IMG/VR virus record: IMGVR_UViG_3300012667_000378
Span: 1-35,075 of that record
From: a virus
Lineage: Duplodnaviria; Caudoviricetes
DNA length: 35,075 bases
Strand: one strand, 5' to 3'
Positions 28,550 through 35,075 of this stretch are shown here, piece after piece. The position numbers were made by a program, and so were the translations under genes. Each line of letters begins with the position of its first letter. Position 1 is the stretch's first letter. A model generated the notes under the pieces. It was not told the origin of the DNA and did no database searches. It worked only from the letters and a program-made list of their open reading frames with translations.

Positions 28550-28757
28550 AATTTATAAGCAAATCAATATAATGTCTTGCTTTTTTTAAGTCCTCGATTC
28601 CGTTTTTACTTCTATGTCTAATTACATACTTGATAATATTACCCTCAATAAAAGGTATATTGTTTACATAAATAAACTCCGTCGGTTGTATTTTACAATC
28701 CTTATAATGATTGCCGCCGACCTGTTTACTTGTCGGTTTTTCTATGGAATTTTCCAC
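28521..28757 (-). CDS. DUF3310 (SaV-like) protein
   Basis: QVGGNHY, EGNIIKYVIRH..KNGIEDLKKARHY. Confidence 0.9.
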   Translation of the reverse strand: MENSIEKPTSKQVGGNHYKDCKIQPTEFIYVNNIPFIEGNIIKYVIRHRSKNGIEDLKKARHYIDLLINFEYEGKENI

Positions 28758-29457
28758 AAGTCTTGCATTTATAAATTAACTTAATAACTCCGCTCGCTAA
28801 AATTTGTCTACTATGTTTATGTAATTCGTCCGAGCCGCATTCCGGACAAGTACCTTTATACTCGCCGAATATTACGCCGAAGTGCGTCTTAGCTTCGATA
28901 TGATTATTTAAAAGCTTATGGACTTTCTCTAATAAGACTACGTCCATTTTACAATATCGTACCATTTTATCAAGCGCCTTCTTATCATTCTTTAACGCTA
29001 TGTCTTTCCACAAATCAAACTCAGTCTTAATCTTTTGTCCGATCCCTAAATACTGCGCTATGTAGTTAAGCTTATTACTATTAAATTTAAACTTTGAGCG
29101 AGCAACTTTTAAAGTATCAATCGTAGTATACTTAGGGAACATGTCGATTGAATGAAACAGGCAACGAGTACGCACCCAAGCAAGATCGAATTTATCGCCG
29201 TTATGTCCTATAATTTCGTCGGCCGTGTTTAATACCTTTATAAACTCAACGAGCATTTTTTTATCGTTTTGCTTAGAGTCCCAAGTAAGAGCGTGCGTTT
29301 CTTTGTCGTCCTCCCACTTATAGCATATACAAATAATAGCACGCTCTTTGATAATATTCTGCGGGCCAATGTTAAGTTTAAAGCCACTTTGCCAAAAGAA
29401 ACCGATATTCGCTGAGGTTTCAATGTCAAAGTATAATCGTTTTCTTTTGGTAGTCAT
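28726..29457 (-). CDS. DnaQ/RNase H-like 3'-5' exonuclease with C-terminal zinc ribbon
   Basis: FDIETS, GHNGDKFD, YCKMDV; CPECG...CKTCG. Confidence 0.9.
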   Translation of the reverse strand: MTTKRKRLYFDIETSANIGFFWQSGFKLNIGPQNIIKERAIICICYKWEDDKETHALTWDSKQNDKKMLVEFIKVLNTADEIIGHNGDKFDLAWVRTRCLFHSIDMFPKYTTIDTLKVARSKFKFNSNKLNYIAQYLGIGQKIKTEFDLWKDIALKNDKKALDKMVRYCKMDVVLLEKVHKLLNNHIEAKTHFGVIFGEYKGTCPECGSDELHKHSRQILASGVIKLIYKCKTCGKFHRKTDK

Positions 29458-29470
29458 GGCGTAAAGTTAG

Positions 29471-30232
29471 TTACTTTTTTTTATTTAACTTCCTTTTTGT
29501 TAATTCGTCCTTACTTGTAATAGTTCCTAATAACATTGAGCCGGCAAGAGTTACCCTTTCAGTAAGCAAGTCAATGTCCGACTGCGGTACTTCAAACCTT
29601 ATTATATTAAGATTGTTATAATAGCCTCCGTCTTTAATATACGGCAAATCGTCGTTTTGCATAAACCTAACGTTTGGATAAGAAACCCTTATTTCGGGAA
29701 TTTCGCTTTCGTATGGCATATATATAATCAATTCCGCATGCGTGCAGTTATTGATTATCGCGTTACTTACTAGCTGCCAATAGTATTTATCGCCGTCCTT
29801 ATGGTTATCCCTTACTGCATTCATACACTCAATACCTTCTAAGCCGTCGTACAATGGTTGTACTAAGTCGCAGAATGAACTTAAGGTCATAGGACATTTA
29901 ATATCTATTACGCAGTTGTCGCCATTCATGCCGTCCTTAGATCCGCACCAATAAGGAATAGTCGGGTGGCAATTAGTCTCTTGCGAGCTATATGTGTAAC
30001 CTTCCGGCAATAAATTAAATACCCTACCTTCTAGCGTTAGTCCCCAAACTAAAGGCTTAGCGTCGGACTGCAAAGATAAAGACCTTCCGAGTCTGCGCTC
30101 TTGGTTTTTTTCTTTTATGTAAGTTATAGCAGCGGCTCCAAATCCATTTTCGCCTTTGCCTGTCTTTGTCAAGTTTACGATTTCGCTACTTGTAAAGCTT
30201 CCGTTTCTTTGGTTGTTATTTAAGATACTCAT
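29471..30232 (-). CDS. YqaJ/lambda-exonuclease-like nuclease
   Basis: FTSSEI, WGLTLE, GSKDG, DIKCP, YYWQL. Confidence 0.8.
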   Translation of the reverse strand: MSILNNNQRNGSFTSSEIVNLTKTGKGENGFGAAAITYIKEKNQERRLGRSLSLQSDAKPLVWGLTLEGRVFNLLPEGYTYSSQETNCHPTIPYWCGSKDGMNGDNCVIDIKCPMTLSSFCDLVQPLYDGLEGIECMNAVRDNHKDGDKYYWQLVSNAIINNCTHAELIIYMPYESEIPEIRVSYPNVRFMQNDDLPYIKDGGYYNNLNIIRFEVPQSDIDLLTERVTLAGSMLLGTITSKDELTKRKLNKKK

Positions 30233-30420
30233 GCAATTATTTCTTTTATGGTTATTTCTCCTGTTGTTTCGTTCCCTTTGTTTTTTGCTAGTTGCTCGGC
30301 TACATACTCGGCTTGCTCTAAATTGTCAAAGCCTTTTATAAATTTCCCGTCAACTCTTACAAAATATCTTGTCTCGTTATAGATAAGATTTGTCTCTTGC
30401 GTTATGGTTACTACCGGCAT
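30229..30420 (-). CDS. Hypothetical protein
   Basis: ATGA-type overlap with the exonuclease gene. Confidence 0.7.
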   Translation of the reverse strand: MPVVTITQETNLIYNETRYFVRVDGKFIKGFDNLEQAEYVAEQLAKNKGNETTGEITIKEIIA

Positions 30421-30441
30421 AATATTTTATTTATTGGTTTT

Positions 30442-30470
30442 AAAAATGTGGCTTTTTGTACGGAAGCCAC
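30442..30470 (-). terminator. Possible terminator hairpin after the SSB-like gene
   Basis: GTGGCTT/AAGCCAC stem followed by ATTTTT on the minus strand. Confidence 0.55.
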
Positions 30471-30495
30471 GAAACCGCTAACCAATAATCACCAA

Positions 30496-31092
30496 CTAAA
30501 AAGGCACTTCGTCGTTGTCGTTTGACGCAGTCGACAAATCGTTATTACTTTGCTCAAATAAATTAAGCGCCATATTTTCAAGGTAAGACATCATATCGGA
30601 GTCGTCCCATTGCTCTTTACCTTTAACCTTAATCTTTACCATTTGAGGCAATCCCTTCGGATCGTCTTTAGTATAATACGGAGCAAGTTTTTCGCCGTCT
30701 TGGTATAATGTAATACCTGTAATTGTTTTAGTAGCGTCTAACTTGTCCTTCATTGCCCATGGCATAAAACGAACTTCTTTTGTTAAGTCTAAGTTCGGTA
30801 ATACCTTTAAGAAACTAGAAGCGTAACGACTAGAATAAGGTAAGCTTATTACATAGTAGTCTCCGCCGTCTTGGAATCTTAGTTGCCATTGTTTGCCGTA
30901 GTCATTCTCGCGCGTGCTAATGCCGTCTAACTTTGCAGTAAGATCTTTAAAGCGCTCTTCAAATACTAACTTGCCGGTTTTTGTAATGCGCTCCGTTGTT
31001 TGCGCGTTTGCTTGCTTGTGTTGGCGTACTAAGTTGCCGTCCGCAACGCTGAGGTAAGTTGTGTTAACACCTCCTAAATTTGATAATGCCAT
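30496..31092 (-). CDS. Putative single-stranded DNA-binding protein
   Basis: Beta-rich core, acidic tail ending DNDEVPF, upstream of the exonuclease. Confidence 0.6.
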   Translation of the reverse strand: MALSNLGGVNTTYLSVADGNLVRQHKQANAQTTERITKTGKLVFEERFKDLTAKLDGISTRENDYGKQWQLRFQDGGDYYVISLPYSSRYASSFLKVLPNLDLTKEVRFMPWAMKDKLDATKTITGITLYQDGEKLAPYYTKDDPKGLPQMVKIKVKGKEQWDDSDMMSYLENMALNLFEQSNNDLSTASNDNDEVPF

Positions 31093-31125
31093 AATTTAAA
31101 ATGTAGTTTGTTTTGACTACGAGGA

Positions 31126-31189
31126 CAAAGCTAAACTATTTATTTTAAATAAAAAAATTTTTTTATTAATTTTTTTTATATTAATTTTG
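31126..31189. promoter_or_regulatory. Divergent Bacteroidota-type promoters around a 20-bp palindrome
   Basis: TAGCTTTG (-, 31126-31133), TAATTTTG (+, 31182-31189) and palindrome AATAAAAAAATTTTTTTATT (31148-31167). Confidence 0.75.
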
Positions 31190-31210
31190 TAGCTCATCAA
31201 AAAATATATC

Positions 31211-31351
31211 ATGAAAAAAGAAACAAGAGGCCGTAAGCCATTACCCGCAAAAGAAAAAAAACAACCTCTTTACATTATGGTAAAGCAAAAATTTATTAAA
31301 GAAGTACAACCTAAAATTAAAGAACTTGAAAGAGAGTATTCTACAAAGTAA
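31211..31351 (+). CDS. Small basic DNA-binding protein (46 aa, RGRKP AT-hook-like)
   Basis: Not in the ORF track; MKKETRGRKPLPAKEKKQPLYIMVKQKFIKEVQPKIKELEREYSTK, first gene after the rightward promoter. Confidence 0.7.
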   Translation: MKKETRGRKPLPAKEKKQPLYIMVKQKFIKEVQPKIKELEREYSTK

Positions 31352-31574
31352 AGTGATCCGACATTTTGAGTTACTTGGTTGGTATGTAGTAAAAATAATA
31401 CAATGCAATAAAAACGGCATGCCGGATCTTATGTTATTAAAAGACGGCAAGACATTCTTTATTGAGTGCAAGGCCGAGAAAGGTAGGCTAAGCGAACTAC
31501 AAAAATATCGCCACGAACAACTGCAAGAGTTAGGATTTGAAGTAAGAACAATTTATAAAATACAAGAAGTATAA
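31326..31574 (+). CDS. VRR-NUC domain nuclease (Holliday junction resolvase-like)
   Basis: E..LQ, GMPDL, FIECKA, GRLSELQ. Confidence 0.9.
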   Translation: MKESILQSKVIRHFELLGWYVVKIIQCNKNGMPDLMLLKDGKTFFIECKAEKGRLSELQKYRHEQLQELGFEVRTIYKIQEV

Positions 31575-31577
31575 CCA

Positions 31578-34073
31578 ATGATTAAAGCAGCCAACTATTA
31601 CACAAAGCAAGGATTCTCCGTTATACCAATCGGAGACAACAAGCGCGCCGTTTTTCCTTGGACGGAGTACCAATCAAAGATCATGGACGAAGCCACAATT
31701 AAGCAACAATTTACAAATGAGCGTTGTAAAAATATCGCTATAATTGGAGGCGGAGTTTCCGGCGGTCTTGAAATTATAGACGTTGATCTTAAGTACGACG
31801 TGAGCGGTACGTTATGGAATCGATTACAAGAAGCACTCGCAGACCTTATGCCGTTACTCTATGTAGTACGCACGAAGTCCGGCGGGTATCATCTTTACTA
31901 TCGTTGCGAAGAGGTACAGGGAAACCAAAAGCTCGCCATGCGTAACGCCACAAAAGAAGAGTTAAAAGAAACACCGCACGCTAAGGAAATTGTTTTAATT
32001 GAAACAAGAGGCGAGGGCGGTTATGTCTTAGCACCTCCTTCCGAAGGTTACACAAAAGAGAAAGACTTTAACGTAAACATAATTACCTTAGAGCAACGCG
32101 ACTCAATCTTATCTATTTGTCGAAGCTTCAACGAAGTAGTAAAAGAAGTACGCGCGCAAGTAATCGCTGACACGGAATTATTTTCTACAACGCCGTGGGA
32201 CGATTACAACGCCAAGTGCGACGTCGTAGCTTTACTTGAGTCTTATGGGTGGACTTACATAGAGTCAAGAGGCGAACGTGATTTTCTAAAAAGGCCGGGC
32301 AAAACTGATTCGCACATATCCGCAGACTACCATAAAGGACTCGGACTTTTTAAAGTATTCAGCACCTCGACCGAGTTTGAAACAGGTAAGGGATATAAAC
32401 CTTTTGCGATCTATGCAATGCTTGAGCATAACGGAAACTTTAGCGCAGCGGCTAAGCAGTTAATCAAAGACGGCTACGGCGAAGGACGCAACAGGATCGG
32501 AGGCAATATTAAAAAAGACTTTGTTAACAAAAAAGACGAAGGAATAGATAACGAAAATATCGCCGCATTCATTTCGCAAAAACATAAGCTAGATATTAAA
32601 CAGGCTAAGAAGTTAGTTCAAGAACTTGACTCGGATAACGACACTCAACTCTTAACCTTTTGGAGCGTAGTAAAGGGAGCGATAACAATAGATCGTTATA
32701 AACTTATCAATCTTTTATCTAGCGAAGGCGGATTTTATCTTTACTACTATGATAAAAAACTTAACTACCAATTAGTAAGAGTAGTCGACAACTTTGTAAG
32801 CGAGACAAACATAGAGCAAATTAAAAAATACCTTATCAATTACATTGACGCAATCCCTTATGATAACTTTGACGGAATCAATAAAACAAGACTGCGCGAA
32901 GTAATTTATAAAGGTGCCGACGCTTATTTTAATAAGGCCCTGTTTGAGTTTATGCCTAACATTGAATTAAAGTTTCTTAAACATACTAAAGACTCGGCTT
33001 ATTATCCATTCCTTAACGGCGTGGTGCATGTAACTAAAGACAAGAAAGAATTGCTTAAGTACGGCGCGATCAATATGCATGTTTGGCGCGATCAAGTTAT
33101 ACAATACAAGATTGACATTGACCACGATATTGACTATGAGAACGTGCAGTATACGAAATTCATTAACAAGATTAGCGACTCAAACAAAGAGCGCGAAGCT
33201 TACGCCATATCTTTAATCGGTTACCTGTTGCATACCTATAAAGATCCGACTAAGTCTTACGCCGTGATCCTAGCAGAAGAGACCGAGGACGAAAGCCAAG
33301 GCGGAGGCGCCGGCAAAGGTTTATTTTTTAAAGCAATCGGTAAGCTTATTAACCTAGTATCGATTGACGGAAAAAACTTTAAGCTAGACAAGTCTTTCGC
33401 CTTTCAGCGTGTCGAGCTTTCGACTCAGCTTATAGTAATAGAAGATTGCCGTAAGAACGTAGACTTCGAAGGCTTTTATTCTAAGATTACCGAAGGCGTA
33501 ACCATTGAAAAAAAGAACAAAGACGAGGTATATATATCTTACGAGGACTCGCCTAAGTTCGGATTTACTACCAATTATACAATTAATTACTCCGGCGGAC
33601 ATGGTAAGCGAAGAGTTAAGGTAATCGAGTTTAGCTCATTCTTTAATCATAAAAATACGCCGCTTGACTTCTTTGGAGGTAAGGCGTTGTTTAACGATTG
33701 GGATAACGACGAATGGAATCGCTTTTACAATTATATGATTGAATGCGTACAAATATACCTTGAAGTCGGAATACCTGTTTTAGACAATAGCGATACAATC
33801 AATCGTAAAAATATTAAGCTTAACTTCGGCGAGGACTTTTTAGACTATTTCCAAACCCTAGAGCGTGGCAAATGGTTGGACTTTACCAATGAGTACCTAA
33901 ACTTCTTAAATATTAACGACATAGATAAGAAAGATTATTCAAAGATTAAGTTTAAGAAAGCCTTAAAAACTAGCGCCGAATTATTTAACGGATCATTTGA
34001 AACATTAAGAAACCCACAAAACAATAATAAAAATGAGTTTAAAGTCTTATTTGAGTCCGATAGCCGCTTTTGA
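31578..34073 (+). CDS. Bifunctional primase-polymerase fused to SF3-like helicase
   Basis: GFSVIPI, IIDVD, TKSGGYHLYY, ETRGEGGYVLAPPS; C-terminal GGGAGKG Walker A, VIED, TTNY. Confidence 0.9.
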   Translation: MIKAANYYTKQGFSVIPIGDNKRAVFPWTEYQSKIMDEATIKQQFTNERCKNIAIIGGGVSGGLEIIDVDLKYDVSGTLWNRLQEALADLMPLLYVVRTKSGGYHLYYRCEEVQGNQKLAMRNATKEELKETPHAKEIVLIETRGEGGYVLAPPSEGYTKEKDFNVNIITLEQRDSILSICRSFNEVVKEVRAQVIADTELFSTTPWDDYNAKCDVVALLESYGWTYIESRGERDFLKRPGKTDSHISADYHKGLGLFKVFSTSTEFETGKGYKPFAIYAMLEHNGNFSAAAKQLIKDGYGEGRNRIGGNIKKDFVNKKDEGIDNENIAAFISQKHKLDIKQAKKLVQELDSDNDTQLLTFWSVVKGAITIDRYKLINLLSSEGGFYLYYYDKKLNYQLVRVVDNFVSETNIEQIKKYLINYIDAIPYDNFDGINKTRLREVIYKGADAYFNKALFEFMPNIELKFLKHTKDSAYYPFLNGVVHVTKDKKELLKYGAINMHVWRDQVIQYKIDIDHDIDYENVQYTKFINKISDSNKEREAYAISLIGYLLHTYKDPTKSYAVILAEETEDESQGGGAGKGLFFKAIGKLINLVSIDGKNFKLDKSFAFQRVELSTQLIVIEDCRKNVDFEGFYSKITEGVTIEKKNKDEVYISYEDSPKFGFTTNYTINYSGGHGKRRVKVIEFSSFFNHKNTPLDFFGGKALFNDWDNDEWNRFYNYMIECVQIYLEVGIPVLDNSDTINRKNIKLNFGEDFLDYFQTLERGKWLDFTNEYLNFLNINDIDKKDYSKIKFKKALKTSAELFNGSFETLRNPQNNNKNEFKVLFESDSRF

Positions 34074-34155
34074 GAAGTGGTTATTGGCAAATCCTAAGGG
34101 CGGCATATTTTCTTGGCAAGGCCAAAAAGTGCGAGTTACGCCGAAAAAGTGTTAG
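34033..34155 (+). CDS. Small hypothetical protein (40 aa)
   Basis: Not in the ORF track; MSLKSYLSPIAAFEKWLLANPKGGIFSWQGQKVRVTPKKC after an A-rich leader. Confidence 0.45.
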   Translation: MSLKSYLSPIAAFEKWLLANPKGGIFSWQGQKVRVTPKKC

Positions 34156-34156
34156 T

Positions 34157-34326
34157 TATACATAGTTTAAAAAATAATATGTTTTTTAAAATCGCTGAAA
34201 CCCTTACTAGCATTGATTATACACACTATACATACTTTTTATTACTTTTTAGGGGGGGGGTATAAAAAAAAATAAAAAAAGAGTATAGTAAAGAAAAAAC
34301 GCAAAAAAGCGTGTAAAGTATGTATA
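34157..34326. other. Candidate replication origin
   Basis: TATACAYA iterons and a 12-bp perfect inverted repeat (34227-34238/34315-34326) around T-tracts, G9 and A-tracts; directly downstream of the primase-helicase. Confidence 0.55.
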
Positions 34327-34330
34327 TTTG
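34323..34330 (+). promoter_or_regulatory. Bacteroidota-type -7 promoter box TATATTTG
   Basis: TAnnTTTG 9 nt upstream of the sigma-like gene start. Confidence 0.6.
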
Positions 34331-34339
34331 TAAAAACGC

Positions 34340-34861
34340 ATGAAAGACTGCCATAAACATATAGAAACTATATATAGGTCGCCGCAGATTAACCAACTAA
34401 TCAAAAGCGTGCGTCCCGAGTCATTACAGGACGATTTAAGGCAAGAAATGGCTTTGGCCTTACTTGGTATCGATTGCGAAAAGATAAACGAAATATGGGC
34501 GTCTAATGGCCTTTTAGGATTTTCGATTAAGATTATTACTAATATGGCCTTTAGCTCAACAAGTCAGTTTTACAAGAAGTTTAGGAAAAATGAGTATGAT
34601 AAGGCAATAGCGTATTTAAAGAGTCAGTTAAAACTACCGGAGCTAAACCCTACCTTTGCTAAGATTGCTAATCAAAGGCTTATTGACAAATATGGCGAAG
34701 ATGAAATGCAAGCGCACGAGGCGATATTATTTAACAAATACGTCGAGTTTCGTAGCTGCAAAAAGGTAGCGGAGTTTTATAACATACCGGAGAAACATGT
34801 TAAAGATATTATTCGTAAAACAAAACTTGAACTTAAAACATTATGCTTACAATCATTCTAG
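34340..34861 (+). CDS. ECF/sigma70-like RNA polymerase sigma factor (late gene regulator)
   Basis: Region-2-like DDLRQEMALALL and region-4 HTH SCKKVAEFYNIPEKHVKDIIRKTK. Confidence 0.7.
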   Translation: MKDCHKHIETIYRSPQINQLIKSVRPESLQDDLRQEMALALLGIDCEKINEIWASNGLLGFSIKIITNMAFSSTSQFYKKFRKNEYDKAIAYLKSQLKLPELNPTFAKIANQRLIDKYGEDEMQAHEAILFNKYVEFRSCKKVAEFYNIPEKHVKDIIRKTKLELKTLCLQSF

Positions 34862-35075
34862 CGGCTTTCTTTTTTGCTTATTATTTTGTTAACGTGGCGC
34901 GGATCGTTTACGTTATAAAAAAGGTATGGAAAATTCCATTTGAAAAGAGGCTAAAACCTTTTGACTGCGTAACCTGTTTAAGCGTATGGTCTGCGGTTGT
35001 ATTATATTTTATGCCTTTAGAAATTTCCCAATTTATTTGTATTATATTTGCTGCGGGATTTATCGGACAAAAAAT
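34843..35075 (+). CDS. Membrane protein with CxxC (79 aa, DUF1360-like); continues across the junction to position 62
   Basis: MLTIILAAFFFAYYFV...KPFDCVTCLSVW...FAAGFIGQKIK; stop TAA at 60-62. Confidence 0.75.
   Translation, partial: MLTIILAAFFFAYYFVNVARIVYVIKKVWKIPFEKRLKPFDCVTCLSVWSAVVLYFMPLEISQFICIIFAAGFIGQK
35021..35075. repeat. 55-bp terminal direct repeat (copy 2)
   Basis: Identical to 1-55. Confidence 0.95.

Noticed and set aside
35021-35075. Terminal repeat as a biological DTR or att site
   Set aside because: 55 bp matches a common assembler k-mer size and the repeat lies inside a gene; it is best read as a circular overlap.

Overview
The window is an apparently complete, circularly assembled genome (~35,020 bp) of a tailed dsDNA phage. 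Bases 1-55 repeat exactly at 35021-35075, and an ORF reads through the junction. It is siphovirus-like: tape measure, major tail protein and a -1 frameshifted tail chaperone, with no sheath. No integrase or repressor was recognised, so it is probably lytic. TAnnTTTG promoter boxes and A-rich, Shine-Dalgarno-less starts point to a Bacteroidota host. Layout: ECF-like sigma factor > glycosylation cluster (GT-B, LpxA-like acyltransferase, GT2-like) > terminase > tail genes > head genes > portal/neck > tail fibre > lysis (two holin-like proteins, u-spanin, M15 endolysin). A leftward early/recombination block and a rightward VRR-NUC/primase-helicase block with a candidate origin follow. The main candidate new system is virion protein O-glycosylation: a tail protein ending in mucin-like poly-Thr tracts alternating with Cys-rich modules, immediately followed by a glycosyltransferase resembling plant peptidyl-Ser/Hyp O-glycosyltransferases (GT96/GT95). 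Other signals are genome-wide CCAG/CTGG avoidance broken only in the tail-fibre tip, a HAD domain inserted in the prohead protease, a GTACC-N15/16-ATATHTA leaderless late-promoter motif and a symmetric divergent early promoter. All family calls come from motif recognition by eye; no database searches were run.
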